From NCBI RefSeq assembly GCF_003334765.1, contig NZ_QOWT01000002.1: 64,000 nucleotides of DNA. The stretch is one strand, 5' to 3'. The notes beneath the pieces were generated by a model. That model saw only the letters and a program-made list of their open reading frames with translations. It had not been told where the DNA came from and did no database searches. The position numbers and the translations under genes are program-made. This document shows positions 10,995 through 22,115 of this stretch, one piece after another. This stretch comes from Escherichia coli. Lineage in GTDB: Bacteria > Pseudomonadota > Gammaproteobacteria > Enterobacterales > Enterobacteriaceae. Within the stretch, counting starts at the first letter, position 1; each line of letters opens with the position of its first letter.

Positions 10995-13844
10995 CTACGA
11001 ATCCCGCGATTTCCTGACCCTCTCGGCATATAACGTCAGCGTCTGTTTTATCACATCCAGCGTTACCGGCTTCGACAGGCAGCTGTCCATACCGGACTCC
11101 AGACACCGCTGCTTCTCTTCAGCCAACGCATTAGCAGTTACTCCGATTACCGGCAACGTCAGTCCCAACTGACGAATGCGTTGCGTCAAGCGGTAACCAT
11201 CCATATTTGGCATGTTGACGTCGCTAAGCACGATATCAATATGATTCTTGCTAAGTACATTAAGCGCATCGACGCCATCATTCGCGGTTTTACATTGATA
11301 GCCCAACGATCCCAACTGATCTGCCAGCAAACGCCGGTTAATCGGATGATCATCCACGACCAGAATCATCATATCGTCATTATCGCTGACCGCTTTGTCC
11401 GTTGACGGCAGAGCGTTAGCAGGATCGTCGCTCTCCATCTCGATCAAATAAATACGCGCCAACAATGCCGGTAGCTCATGCGGAGCAGCCACACTGTGTA
11501 CCCACTCCCCTGGCGCTTTCTCCAGCGGAATACCAATATGGCGACGACAGAAGGTCACTACCGCTCTGCCCTGCCATTTTTTACTCACTACCTCGTCAGT
11601 GATCAACACATCTTCGGGAGTCGGTTCCTGCCCTTCGTATGTTGTAACGACGATGCCGCTGCGCTGCAAACTGGTTTCCAGGAACTGACAGAGCGACGCA
11701 TTGCGGACCGCCAGCCAGCAGCGTTTACCACTCAACCCTTCCACGCCTTTTTTCTGCGGGTACTGAGCGCCGTACAACGGAATACGCACGGTAAACTGGC
11801 TGCCCATTCCCGGTTCTGAATCTACCGAGATATCGCCGTCCATCATGCTGATCAGTTTTTCACAAATCGCCAGACCCAGACCGGTCCCCTGGAAATTACG
11901 CTGTACGCCCGTTCCGACCTGGAAGAAGGGATCAAACAAGCGCACCACTTCTTTCGCCGGTATCCCCACGCCGGTATCGCGAACACGGATAGAGAGATAA
12001 TCGCCATCCGCGCGAACATGCAAAACTATACAGCCGGTATCGGTAAATTTTATGGCGTTACTCAACAGGTTGGAGATGACCTGCTGTAAACGCATCGGGT
12101 CGCCATTTAAGGCCACTGGCACATCCGGTTCAATAAAGCAGTACAAGCCTAACTGCTTGCGTACCACCAGCGGTAAATAGTTGGCGGTGATGTGGTTCAT
12201 CACTTCACGCGGTGAAAACTCACGCGGTTCGATCTTCAACTGTTCCGATTCAATCTTCGAGAAATCGAGAATATCGCTGATAATTTTCAACAACAGGCTG
12301 GAAGAGTTGTTCATTGCCGTCACCAGCCGATCGACGCCTTTCGGTAACTCTTTGGTTTGCAACAGATCCAGGTTACCGATAATGCCATACAGCGGCGTTC
12401 GCAGCTCATGACTGACGGTGGCAAGGAACATCGATTTTGACTGGCTCGCCTGTTCCGCTGCTTGTGCCATCTCCTGCAACGACTCTTCCATCTTCACGCG
12501 CGAAGAAACATCCACCAGCACACAAATGGCCACGTTTTCATTACGATAGCGCGAATGGACGAAGCTGATTTGCAGATTGGTATTGTTGCTGGTCAGGACA
12601 TCAACAAAATTGACCTGCTGCCCACAGATAATTTGCGTCAGTCGTTGGCGGTCCTCATGCGTAAGCATATTGAGATAGGTATGCGCCAGTTCGTTACTTA
12701 AAATATTGACGCCATCAGCGGTACGCAAAATGCAGATACCCACTGGCGCGGAGGCGACAATCTTGCGATTGAACTGCTCATGTTCTTCCAGTCGCAGGGC
12801 GTCGCTTTCCGCCGGAATGAAAATACGTCGCTCGTACATCCGTGCGAGAGTAAACAATGCAGCTCCGGCAAGCACATTCAGCAAAATTGCGTTAAGGATC
12901 AACATGCGAATGCGTTCCAGCACCTTATCAACCGGCACCGAATACACGATGCTTAGCGATGAGGGTGGCAGATTTTTCTTCAGCACCAGCTCCCGGAACC
13001 CTTCCGTATAGCCAAACCAGGAGCGTTCCTGCATCCAGCGAGGATCGCCCTTAATTTTACTTTCTGGTCCGGTAAGCGAAATCAGGGTATGACCATTTTC
13101 ATCAAGAATGGTAACCCCCATCGGCAACGTACCCGGTAAGAAAAAGTTCTCCATCCGGATGGTCTGCTCGACACCCAAAAGCGCCTGCAACCGGTTCGCC
13201 AGATAAACTGGCGTCAACGCGTAAAAATACCCGACGCCAGGGCGCGGACCTTCGCTGATCCAGTAGAGGTTACTGCCGCTATCATCTTGTGGTGCATTTC
13301 GATATTTATTGATGCGTTCATGCAAAGCTTTCAACGCGGTATCGCGTTCCACTGGCATATCACGCAGACCGAAATTGGCCATGCAGAGGTTATCGCTGCC
13401 GATTAAAAATACCCGGTTTAGATCGTAAGCCGCAGAAAAATTATCGCGCCAGTAGCGCATAAACCACGCCAATGACTCCAGAGAACCTCGCCAGGTGTTA
13501 CTCATTGCGGAACAATCGGAGTCGGCAAACAGCGGTTCAAACGCAGGCACATCCGCCTGCGTTTCTCGTCCACGCGGGGAAAGCACACCGTTTTCTGCCG
13601 ATAAGCGATTTTCGGCGATGTACTTCAGCTCTTTCATCACATCAGAGGTGCGTTGAATAAAGCGCTGAGCCTGATCGGAACTCAGATTAAATTCCTGACG
13701 AATTTCCGATTCTCGCTGATGTAACGCATTAACGATGTAAAAAACGGATGAAAAAGCAATCAACAGCCAGAGCACTAACGCCAATGCTCTGAACATGTAG
13801 CGCGAGGCTTTCAGGGTTGTACGAAAAGAAGCAAGGTATTTCAA
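10995..13844 (-). CDS. rcsC: Hybrid sensor histidine kinase RcsC
   Basis: 949 aa ORF; TM segments, periplasmic domain, HisKA H-box SHELRTPL, HATPase, C-terminal receiver domain MILVVDDHPINRRL. Confidence 0.93.
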   Translation of the reverse strand: MKYLASFRTTLKASRYMFRALALVLWLLIAFSSVFYIVNALHQRESEIRQEFNLSSDQAQRFIQRTSDVMKELKYIAENRLSAENGVLSPRGRETQADVPAFEPLFADSDCSAMSNTWRGSLESLAWFMRYWRDNFSAAYDLNRVFLIGSDNLCMANFGLRDMPVERDTALKALHERINKYRNAPQDDSGSNLYWISEGPRPGVGYFYALTPVYLANRLQALLGVEQTIRMENFFLPGTLPMGVTILDENGHTLISLTGPESKIKGDPRWMQERSWFGYTEGFRELVLKKNLPPSSLSIVYSVPVDKVLERIRMLILNAILLNVLAGAALFTLARMYERRIFIPAESDALRLEEHEQFNRKIVASAPVGICILRTADGVNILSNELAHTYLNMLTHEDRQRLTQIICGQQVNFVDVLTSNNTNLQISFVHSRYRNENVAICVLVDVSSRVKMEESLQEMAQAAEQASQSKSMFLATVSHELRTPLYGIIGNLDLLQTKELPKGVDRLVTAMNNSSSLLLKIISDILDFSKIESEQLKIEPREFSPREVMNHITANYLPLVVRKQLGLYCFIEPDVPVALNGDPMRLQQVISNLLSNAIKFTDTGCIVLHVRADGDYLSIRVRDTGVGIPAKEVVRLFDPFFQVGTGVQRNFQGTGLGLAICEKLISMMDGDISVDSEPGMGSQFTVRIPLYGAQYPQKKGVEGLSGKRCWLAVRNASLCQFLETSLQRSGIVVTTYEGQEPTPEDVLITDEVVSKKWQGRAVVTFCRRHIGIPLEKAPGEWVHSVAAPHELPALLARIYLIEMESDDPANALPSTDKAVSDNDDMMILVVDDHPINRRLLADQLGSLGYQCKTANDGVDALNVLSKNHIDIVLSDVNMPNMDGYRLTQRIRQLGLTLPVIGVTANALAEEKQRCLESGMDSCLSKPVTLDVIKQTLTLYAERVRKSRDS

Positions 13845-14010
13845 AGGGGCGAAGCTCCGCCTCAGGTGACCGATGGAGTGTGGTTAAGGTAGCGGTAAAA
13901 GCGTGTTACCGCAATGTTCTCTCTTCTCTGGAATATGATACACCGCCGAGAAATCATCACCTTAACCTCTGATAATCGTCATATACCGGACAAGACTAGT
14001 GGATTTCAGC

Positions 14011-15837
14011 ATGCATTATATGAAGTGGATTTATCCACGCCGCTTACGCAATCAAATGATCCTGATGGCAATCCTGATGGTCATTGTCCCAACGCTTACT
14101 ATTGGTTATATCGTAGAAACGGAAGGACGTTCAGCAGTCTTATCTGAAAAAGAGAAAAAACTTTCTGCCGTGGTCAACCTGCTTAATCAGGCACTAGGCG
14201 ATCGCTATGATCTCTACATCGACTTACCACGTGAGGAGCGTATCCGCGCATTAAATGCAGAACTTGCCCCCATTACCGAAAATATCACTCACGCCTTCCC
14301 TGGCATCGGTGCTGGTTATTACAACAAAATGCTGGATGCGATAATCACCTACGCGCCTTCAGCGCTATATCAGAATAATGTCGGCGTTACCATTGCCGCA
14401 GATCACCCTGGTCGCGAAGTGATGCGTACAAATACCCCTTTAGTTTATTCAGGCAGGCAGGTGCGCGGCGATATTTTGAATTCAATGCTCCCCATTGAGC
14501 GTAATGGTGAAATCCTCGGCTATATCTGGGCCAATGAATTAACCGAAGATATTCGCCGCCAGGCCTGGAAAATGGATGTGAGGATTATCATTGTGCTCAC
14601 CGCTGGTTTGCTGATAAGCCTGCTGTTGATTGTCCTTTTCTCCCGTCGCCTGAGCGCCAATATTGATATCATCACCGATGGCCTCTCGACTCTGGCACAA
14701 AATATTCCCACTCGATTACCACAATTGCCCGGTGAAATGGGGCAAATCAGTCAGAGTGTTAATAACCTCGCCCAGGCACTGCGTGAAACGCGGACACTTA
14801 ACGATCTGATTATTGAAAACGCTGCCGATGGCGTCATTGCCATTGACCGCCAGGGTGATGTAACCACCATGAACCCAGCAGCAGAAGTTATCACTGGCTA
14901 TCAACGCCATGAACTGGTAGGGCAGCCTTACTCCATGTTGTTCGACAATACTCAGTTCTACAGTCCAGTACTGGATACGCTGGAACATGGCACCGAACAT
15001 GTGGCGCTGGAGATCAGTTTTCCAGGTCGTGACCGCACCATTGAACTCAGTGTCACTACCAGTCGTATTCATAACACGCACGGTGAAATGATAGGTGCTT
15101 TGGTGATTTTCTCTGATTTAACTGCCCGCAAAGAAACCCAGCGCCGCATGGCGCAAGCAGAACGCCTCGCCACACTGGGTGAGCTGATGGCTGGCGTCGC
15201 GCATGAAGTACGTAATCCGTTAACGGCTATTCGTGGTTATGTACAGATCTTGCGCCAACAAACCAGTGACCCAATACATCAGGAATATCTGTCCGTAGTA
15301 CTCAAAGAAATCGATTCAATTAACAAAGTTATTCAGCAATTGCTCGAATTTTCACGTCCACGCCACAGTCAATGGCAACAAGTCAGCCTCAATGCATTGG
15401 TTGAAGAAACTCTGGTACTGGTACAAACCGCCGGCGTACAAGCGCGGGTCGACTTCATAAGCGAACTGGATAATGAATTAAGCCCGATTAACGCCGATCG
15501 TGAACTGCTCAAACAGGTACTACTGAATATCCTGATCAATGCCGTCCAGGCTATCAGCGCACGAGGGAAAATTCGCATTCAAACCTGGCAATACAGCGAC
15601 TCACAACAGGCCATTTCGATAGAGGACAACGGCTGTGGCATTGATCTCTCGCTGCAAAAAAAGATCTTCGATCCCTTTTTCACCACCAAAGCCTCAGGAA
15701 CCGGGCTTGGTCTGGCGTTAAGTCAACGCATCATTAATGCCCATCAGGGTGATATTCGCGTCGCCAGTTTGCCGGGCTACGGCGCAACCTTCACGCTTAT
15801 TTTACCGATCAACCCGCAGGGAAATCAGACTGTATGA
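14011..15837 (+). CDS. atoS: Sensor histidine kinase AtoS
   Basis: Start trimmed to MHYMKWIYPRR (608 aa); TM, HAMP, PAS, HisKA (AHEVRNPL), HATPase; ATGA overlap with atoC. Confidence 0.9.
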   Translation: MHYMKWIYPRRLRNQMILMAILMVIVPTLTIGYIVETEGRSAVLSEKEKKLSAVVNLLNQALGDRYDLYIDLPREERIRALNAELAPITENITHAFPGIGAGYYNKMLDAIITYAPSALYQNNVGVTIAADHPGREVMRTNTPLVYSGRQVRGDILNSMLPIERNGEILGYIWANELTEDIRRQAWKMDVRIIIVLTAGLLISLLLIVLFSRRLSANIDIITDGLSTLAQNIPTRLPQLPGEMGQISQSVNNLAQALRETRTLNDLIIENAADGVIAIDRQGDVTTMNPAAEVITGYQRHELVGQPYSMLFDNTQFYSPVLDTLEHGTEHVALEISFPGRDRTIELSVTTSRIHNTHGEMIGALVIFSDLTARKETQRRMAQAERLATLGELMAGVAHEVRNPLTAIRGYVQILRQQTSDPIHQEYLSVVLKEIDSINKVIQQLLEFSRPRHSQWQQVSLNALVEETLVLVQTAGVQARVDFISELDNELSPINADRELLKQVLLNILINAVQAISARGKIRIQTWQYSDSQQAISIEDNGCGIDLSLQKKIFDPFFTTKASGTGLGLALSQRIINAHQGDIRVASLPGYGATFTLILPINPQGNQTV

Positions 15838-17219
15838 CTGCTATTAATCGCATCCTTATTGTGGATGATGAAGATAATGTTCGCCGTATGCTGAGCACCG
15901 CTTTTGCACTACAAGGATTCGAAACACATTGTGCGAACAACGGACGCACAGCATTACACCTGTTTGCCGATATTCACCCTGATGTGGTGTTGATGGATAT
16001 CCGCATGCCAGAGATGGACGGCATCAAGGCACTAAAGGAGATGCGCAGCCATGAGACCCGGACACCCGTTATTCTGATGACGGCCTATGCGGAAGTGGAA
16101 ACCGCCGTCGAAGCGCTACGCTGCGGAGCCTTCGACTATGTTATTAAACCGTTTGATCTCGATGAGTTGAATTTAATCGTTCAGCGCGCTTTACAACTCC
16201 AGTCAATGAAAAAAGAGATCCGTCATCTGCACCAGGCACTGAGCACCAGCTGGCAATGGGGGCACATTCTCACCAACAGCCCGGCGATGATGGACATCTG
16301 CAAAGACACCGCCAAAATTGCCCTTTCTCAGGCCAGCGTCTTGATTAGCGGTGAAAGCGGCACCGGGAAAGAGTTGATTGCCAGAGCGATTCACTACAAT
16401 TCGCGGCGGGCAAAGGGGCCGTTCATTAAAGTCAACTGCGCGGCGCTGCCGGAATCGTTGCTCGAAAGTGAACTGTTTGGTCATGAAAAAGGTGCATTTA
16501 CTGGTGCACAAACCTTGCGTCAGGGATTATTTGAACGAGCCAACGAAGGTACTCTGCTCCTCGACGAAATTGGCGAAATGCCGCTGGTACTACAAGCCAA
16601 ATTACTACGCATTCTACAGGAACGGGAATTTGAACGGATTGGCGGCCATCAGACCATAAAAGTTGATATCCGCATCATTGCTGCCACCAACCGCGACTTG
16701 CAGGCAATGGTAAAAGAAGGCACCTTCCGTGAAGATCTCTTTTATCGCCTTAACGTTATTCATTTAATACTGCCGCCTCTGCGCGATCGCCGGGAAGATA
16801 TTTCCCTGTTAGCTAATCACTTTTTGCAAAAATTCAGTAGTGAGAATCAGCGCGATATTATCGACATCGATCCGATGGCAATGTCACTGCTTACCGCCTG
16901 GTCATGGCCGGGAAATATTCGAGAGCTTTCCAACGTTATTGAACGCGCCGTCGTGATGAATTCAGGCCCGATCATTTTTTCTGAGGATCTTCCGCCACAG
17001 ATTCGTCAGCCAGTCTGTAATGCTGGCGAGGTAAAAACAGCCCCTGTCGGTGAGCGTAATTTAAAAGAGGAAATTAAACGCGTCGAAAAACGCATCATTA
17101 TGGAAGTGCTGGAACAACAAGAAGGAAACCGAACCCGCACTGCTTTAATGCTGGGCATCAGTCGCCGTGCATTGATGTATAAACTCCAGGAATACGGTAT
17201 CGATCCGGCGGATGTATAA
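15834..17219 (+). CDS. atoC: Sigma-54-dependent response regulator AtoC (NtrC family)
   Basis: 461 aa ORF; receiver domain, AAA+ sigma-54 interaction domain (GESGTGKE, GAFTGA), C-terminal HTH. Confidence 0.93.
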   Translation: MTAINRILIVDDEDNVRRMLSTAFALQGFETHCANNGRTALHLFADIHPDVVLMDIRMPEMDGIKALKEMRSHETRTPVILMTAYAEVETAVEALRCGAFDYVIKPFDLDELNLIVQRALQLQSMKKEIRHLHQALSTSWQWGHILTNSPAMMDICKDTAKIALSQASVLISGESGTGKELIARAIHYNSRRAKGPFIKVNCAALPESLLESELFGHEKGAFTGAQTLRQGLFERANEGTLLLDEIGEMPLVLQAKLLRILQEREFERIGGHQTIKVDIRIIAATNRDLQAMVKEGTFREDLFYRLNVIHLILPPLRDRREDISLLANHFLQKFSSENQRDIIDIDPMAMSLLTAWSWPGNIRELSNVIERAVVMNSGPIIFSEDLPPQIRQPVCNAGEVKTAPVGERNLKEEIKRVEKRIIMEVLEQQEGNRTRTALMLGISRRALMYKLQEYGIDPADV

Positions 17220-17230
17220 CACCAAAACTT

Positions 17231-17271
17231 GCTATGCAGAAATTTGCACAGTGCGCAATTTTCTGCATAGC
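17231..17271 (+). promoter_or_regulatory. AtoC binding palindrome upstream of atoDAEB
   Basis: Near-perfect 41 bp inverted repeat GCTATGCAGAAATTTGCACAGTGCGCAATTTTCTGCATAGC seen directly in sequence. Confidence 0.8.
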
Positions 17272-17353
17272 CGCTCATTCTCCTTATAAATCCCCATCCA
17301 ATTTATCCCTTCATATTCAATTAGTTAAATAACTAAATCCAATAATCTCATTC

Positions 17354-17369
17354 TGGCACTCCCCTTGCT
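17354..17369 (+). promoter_or_regulatory. Sigma-54 (-24/-12) promoter of atoDAEB
   Basis: TGGCAC-N5-TTGC (tggcactccccttgct) about 45 nt upstream of atoD ATG, downstream of the AtoC palindrome. Confidence 0.75.
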
Positions 17370-17414
17370 ATTGCCTGACTGTACCCACAACGGTGTATGC
17401 AAGAGGGATAAAAA

Positions 17415-18077
17415 ATGAAAACAAAATTGATGACATTACAAGACGCCACCGGCTTCTTTCGTGACGGCATGACCATCATGGTGGGCGGATTTATGGGGAT
17501 TGGCACTCCATCCCGCCTGGTTGAAGCATTACTGGAATCTGGTGTTCGCGACCTGACATTGATAGCCAATGATACCGCGTTTGTTGATACCGGCATCGGT
17601 CCGCTCATCGTCAATGGTCGAGTCCGCAAAGTGATTGCTTCACATATCGGCACCAACCCGGAAACAGGTCGGCGCATGATATCTGGTGAGATGGACGTCG
17701 TTCTGGTGCCGCAAGGTACGCTAATCGAGCAAATTCGCTGTGGTGGAGCTGGACTTGGTGGTTTTCTCACCCCAACGGGTGTCGGCACCGTCGTAGAGGA
17801 AGGCAAACAGACACTGACACTCGACGGTAAAACCTGGCTGCTCGAACGCCCACTGCGCGCCGACCTGGCGCTAATTCGCGCTCATCGTTGCGACACACTT
17901 GGCAACCTGACCTATCAACTTAGCGCCCGCAACTTTAACCCCCTGATAGCCCTTGCGGCTGATATCACGCTGGTAGAGCCAGATGAACTGGTCGAAACCG
18001 GCGAGCTGCAACCTGACCATATTGTCACCCCTGGTGCCGTTATCGACCACATCATCGTTTCACAGGAGAGCAAATAA
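17415..18077 (+). CDS. atoD: Acetate CoA-transferase alpha subunit
   Basis: 220 aa ORF recognised as AtoD; first gene of atoDAEB. Confidence 0.92.
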   Translation: MKTKLMTLQDATGFFRDGMTIMVGGFMGIGTPSRLVEALLESGVRDLTLIANDTAFVDTGIGPLIVNGRVRKVIASHIGTNPETGRRMISGEMDVVLVPQGTLIEQIRCGGAGLGGFLTPTGVGTVVEEGKQTLTLDGKTWLLERPLRADLALIRAHRCDTLGNLTYQLSARNFNPLIALAADITLVEPDELVETGELQPDHIVTPGAVIDHIIVSQESK

Positions 18078-18727
18078 TGGATGCGAAACAACGTATTGCG
18101 CGCCGTGTGGCGCAAGAGCTTCGTGATGGTGACATCGTTAACTTAGGGATCGGTTTACCCACAATGGTCGCCAATTATTTACCGGAGGGTATTCATATCA
18201 CTCTGCAATCGGAAAACGGCTTCCTCGGTTTAGGCCCGGTCACGACAGCGCATCCAGATCTGGTGAACGCTGGCGGGCAACCGTGCGGTGTTTTACCCGG
18301 TGCAGCCATGTTTGATAGCGCCATGTCATTTGCGCTAATCCGTGGCGGTCATATTGATGCCTGCGTGCTCGGCGGTTTGCAAGTAGACGAAGAAGCAAAC
18401 CTCGCGAACTGGGTAGTGCCTGGGAAAATGGTGCCCGGTATGGGTGGCGCGATGGATCTGGTGACCGGGTCGCGCAAAGTGATCATCGCCATGGAACATT
18501 GCGCCAAAGATGGTTCAGCAAAAATTTTGCGCCGCTGCACCATGCCACTCACTGCGCAACATGCGGTGCATATGCTGGTTACTGAACTGGCTGTCTTTCG
18601 TTTTATTGACGGCAAAATGTGGCTCACCGAAATTGCCGACGGGTGTGATTTAGCCACCGTGCGTGCCAAAACAGAAGCTCGGTTTGAAGTCGCCGCCGAT
18701 CTGAATACGCAACGGGGTGATTTATGA
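18077..18727 (+). CDS. atoA: Acetate CoA-transferase beta subunit
   Basis: 216 aa ORF; 1-nt overlap with atoD stop; CoA-transferase beta sequence. Confidence 0.92.
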   Translation: MDAKQRIARRVAQELRDGDIVNLGIGLPTMVANYLPEGIHITLQSENGFLGLGPVTTAHPDLVNAGGQPCGVLPGAAMFDSAMSFALIRGGHIDACVLGGLQVDEEANLANWVVPGKMVPGMGGAMDLVTGSRKVIIAMEHCAKDGSAKILRRCTMPLTAQHAVHMLVTELAVFRFIDGKMWLTEIADGCDLATVRAKTEARFEVAADLNTQRGDL

Positions 18728-20046
18728 TTGGTCGCATATCGCGTTTTATGACGCGTTTTGTCAGCCGGTGGCTTCCCGATCCACTGATCTTTGCCATGTT
18801 GCTGACATTGCTAACATTCGTGATCGCGCTTTGGTTAACACCACAAACGCCGATCAGCATGGTGAAAATGTGGGGTGACGGTTTCTGGAACTTGCTGGCG
18901 TTTGGTATGCAGATGGCGCTTATCATCGTTACCGGTCATGCCCTTGCCAGCTCTGCTCCGGTGAAAAGTTTGCTGCGTACTGCCGCCTCCGCCGCAAAGA
19001 CGCCCGTACAGGGCGTCATGCTGGTCACTTTCTTCGGTTCAGTCGCTTGTGTCATCAACTGGGGATTTGGTTTGGTTGTCGGCGCAATGTTTGCCCGTGA
19101 AGTCGCCCGGCGAGTCCCCGGTTCTGATTATCCGTTGCTCATTGCCTGCGCCTACATTGGTTTTCTCACCTGGGGTGGCGGCTTCTCTGGATCAATGCCT
19201 CTGTTGGCTGCAACACCGGGCAACCCGGTTGAGCATATCGCCGGGCTGATCCCGGTGGGCGATACTCTGTTCAGTGGTTTTAACATTTTCATCACTGTGG
19301 CGTTGATTGTGGTGATGCCATTTATCACCCGCATGATGATGCCAAAACCGTCTGACGTGGTGAGTATCGATCCAAAACTACTCATGGAAGAGGCTGATTT
19401 TCAAAAGCAGCTACCGAAAGATGCCCCACCATCCGAGCGACTGGAAGAAAGCCGCATTCTGACGTTGATCATCGGCGCACTCGGTATCGCTTACCTTGCG
19501 ATGTACTTCAGCGAACATGGCTTCAACATCACCATCAATACCGTCAACCTGATGTTTATGATTGCGGGTCTGCTGCTACATAAAACGCCAATGGCTTATA
19601 TGCGTGCTATCAGCGCGGCAGCACGCAGTACTGCCGGTATTCTGGTGCAATTCCCCTTCTACGCTGGGATCCAACTGATGATGGAGCATTCCGGTCTGGG
19701 CGGACTCATTACCGAATTCTTCATCAATGTTGCGAACAAAGACACCTTCCCGGTAATGACCTTTTTTAGTTCTGCACTGATTAACTTCGCCGTTCCGTCT
19801 GGCGGCGGTCACTGGGTTATTCAGGGACCTTTCGTGATACCCGCAGCCCAGGCGCTGGGCGCTGATCTCGGTAAATCGGTAATGGCGATCGCCTACGGCG
19901 AGCAATGGATGAACATGGCACAACCATTCTGGGCGCTGCCAGCACTGGCAATCGCCGGACTCGGTGTCCGCGACATCATGGGCTACTGCATCACTGCCCT
20001 GCTCTTCTCCGGTGTCATTTTCGTCATTGGTTTAACGCTGTTCTGA
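18724..20046 (+). CDS. atoE: Short-chain fatty acid transporter
   Basis: 440 aa polytopic membrane protein; ATGA overlap with atoA. Confidence 0.9.
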   Translation: MIGRISRFMTRFVSRWLPDPLIFAMLLTLLTFVIALWLTPQTPISMVKMWGDGFWNLLAFGMQMALIIVTGHALASSAPVKSLLRTAASAAKTPVQGVMLVTFFGSVACVINWGFGLVVGAMFAREVARRVPGSDYPLLIACAYIGFLTWGGGFSGSMPLLAATPGNPVEHIAGLIPVGDTLFSGFNIFITVALIVVMPFITRMMMPKPSDVVSIDPKLLMEEADFQKQLPKDAPPSERLEESRILTLIIGALGIAYLAMYFSEHGFNITINTVNLMFMIAGLLLHKTPMAYMRAISAAARSTAGILVQFPFYAGIQLMMEHSGLGGLITEFFINVANKDTFPVMTFFSSALINFAVPSGGGHWVIQGPFVIPAAQALGADLGKSVMAIAYGEQWMNMAQPFWALPALAIAGLGVRDIMGYCITALLFSGVIFVIGLTLF

Positions 20047-20076
20047 CGGCACCCCTACAAACAGAAGGAATATAAA

Positions 20077-21261
20077 ATGAAAAATTGTGTCATCGTCAGT
20101 GCGGTACGTACTGCTATCGGTAGTTTTAACGGTTCACTCGCTTCCACCAGCGCCATCGACCTGGGGGCGACAGTAATTAAAGCCGCCATTGAACGTGCAA
20201 AAATCGATTCACAACACGTTGATGAAGTGATTATGGGTAACGTGTTACAAGCCGGGCTGGGGCAAAATCCGGCGCGTCAGGCACTGTTAAAAAGCGGGCT
20301 GGCAGAAACGGTGTGCGGATTCACGGTCAATAAAGTATGTGGTTCGGGTCTTAAAAGTGTGGCGCTTGCCGCCCAGGCCATTCAGGCAGGTCAGGCGCAG
20401 AGCATTGTGGCGGGGGGTATGGAAAATATGAGTTTAGCCCCCTACTTACTCGATGCAAAAGCACGCTCTGGTTATCGTCTTGGAGACGGACAGGTTTATG
20501 ACGTAATCCTGCGCGATGGCCTGATGTGCGCCACCCATGGTTATCATATGGGGATTACCGCCGAAAACGTGGCTAAAGAGTACGGAATTACCCGTGAAAT
20601 GCAGGATGAACTGGCGCTACATTCACAGCGTAAAGCGGCAGCCGCAATTGAGTCCGGTGCTTTTACAGCCGAAATCGTCCCGGTAAATGTTGTCACTCGA
20701 AAGAAAACCTTCGTCTTCAGTCAAGACGAATTCCCGAAAGCGAATTCAACGGCTGAAGCGTTAGGTGCATTGCGCCCGGCCTTCGATAAAGCAGGAACAG
20801 TCACCGCTGGGAACGCGTCTGGTATTAACGACGGTGCTGCCGCTCTGGTGATTATGGAAGAATCTGCGGCGCTGGCAGCAGGCCTTCCCCCCCTGGCTCG
20901 CATTAAAAGTTATGCCAGCGGTGGCGTGCCCCCCGCATTGATGGGTATGGGGCCAGTACCTGCCACGCAAAAAGCGTTACAACTGGCGGGGCTGCAACTG
21001 GCGGATATTGATCTCATTGAGGCTAATGAAGCATTTGCTGCACAGTTCCTTGCCGTTGGGAAAAACCTGGGCTTTGATTCTGAGAAAGTGAATGTCAACG
21101 GCGGGGCCATCGCGCTCGGGCATCCTATCGGTGCCAGTGGTGCTCGTATTCTGGTCACACTATTACATGCCATGCAGGCACGCGATAAAACGCTGGGGCT
21201 GGCAACACTGTGCATTGGCGGCGGTCAGGGAATTGCGATGGTGATTGAACGGTTGAATTAA
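20077..21261 (+). CDS. atoB: Acetyl-CoA acetyltransferase (thiolase II)
   Basis: 394 aa ORF; thiolase active-site Cys region [10 protein letters not shown] and C-terminal CIGGGQGIA. Confidence 0.93.
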   Translation: MKNCVIVSAVRTAIGSFNGSLASTSAIDLGATVIKAAIERAKIDSQHVDEVIMGNVLQAGLGQNPARQALLKSGLAETVCGFTVNKVCGSGLKSVALAAQAIQAGQAQSIVAGGMENMSLAPYLLDAKARSGYRLGDGQVYDVILRDGLMCATHGYHMGITAENVAKEYGITREMQDELALHSQRKAAAAIESGAFTAEIVPVNVVTRKKTFVFSQDEFPKANSTAEALGALRPAFDKAGTVTAGNASGINDGAAALVIMEESAALAAGLPPLARIKSYASGGVPPALMGMGPVPATQKALQLAGLQLADIDLIEANEAFAAQFLAVGKNLGFDSEKVNVNGGAIALGHPIGASGARILVTLLHAMQARDKTLGLATLCIGGGQGIAMVIERLN

Positions 21262-21270
21262 TCAATAAAA

Positions 21271-21302
21271 ACACCCGATAGCGAAAGTTATCGGGTGTTT
21301 TC
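21271..21302 (+). terminator. Rho-independent terminator after atoB (may also serve convergent yfaP)
   Basis: acacccgataGCGAAAGTtatcgggtgt stem-loop followed by tttctt. Confidence 0.75.
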
Positions 21303-21334
21303 TTGAACATCGACGGCGAAGGTAACCCCATTAA

Positions 21335-22111
21335 TCACCAGTCAAAACTTTTCACCAGCGTCAGCTCGCCAGCATTACGCATCGGTACAATAAATGTTTC
21401 CTGTTTCTCATTGACCGATCCTTCATCGGTGATCAGCGTCAGTTGGGCGGTGGTTAATTCCGTTTCGCTGCGCCCACCATAGTAGTTGATATACACCTGA
21501 TAGCGCCCGTGAATTGGCGCGGGCATGGCGAAAATCTCGGGTCCGTACCCCGTCGTGACATCCATATCCAGTGCACCACTGTTTTTCAGCACGGTGTTAC
21601 CGTACCAGGCGTGTTCGCCATCGGGCGTAACAACGTGAAGGTCGAGGTCGGTATTGTCCGTATCCCACGAGAGAACCAGCCGTAAACGTGCACGAATCGT
21701 TCCTGTACCCGGCGTTGAGTAAAACTGCATTTTTTGTCGGCTTTGCCCATCCGGGCTGATGACCTGCACGCTGTTGCTGCCTTCAGTGAAAATATAAGGG
21801 CGTGCAAATGAACCATCGGATTCAATTCTCTGCGGCATACTGGCACCGTTGACCACCAGCCGGCCCTGCTGAACTTTACCCGCCGCAGCATAATTCTTTA
21901 TTTTGCCGCGGATCTGCGCTGAGATATTTTGATCATCTGCCATGTTGACGGACGACGCCGGGTAATTGATCGATTGTGAAAAACTGGCATCTTCGCCCTC
22001 TGCCGGATGCCAGCCTGAGAGCGGTGCATCAATCTCGACTTCCTGCACACCTTCACTGTGAGCGACAGGCGAAAGCGCCACCAGTAACAACGGAAGAAAA
22101 ATCTTTCGCAT
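21335..22111 (-). CDS. yfaP: Exported DUF2135-type protein of the alpha-2-macroglobulin cluster
   Basis: 258 aa ORF with signal peptide MRKIFLPLLLVALSPVAHS; last gene of five-gene minus-strand cluster; 4-nt gap to yfaQ. Confidence 0.85.
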   Translation of the reverse strand: MRKIFLPLLLVALSPVAHSEGVQEVEIDAPLSGWHPAEGEDASFSQSINYPASSVNMADDQNISAQIRGKIKNYAAAGKVQQGRLVVNGASMPQRIESDGSFARPYIFTEGSNSVQVISPDGQSRQKMQFYSTPGTGTIRARLRLVLSWDTDNTDLDLHVVTPDGEHAWYGNTVLKNSGALDMDVTTGYGPEIFAMPAPIHGRYQVYINYYGGRSETELTTAQLTLITDEGSVNEKQETFIVPMRNAGELTLVKSFDW

Positions 22112-22115
22112 AGCA

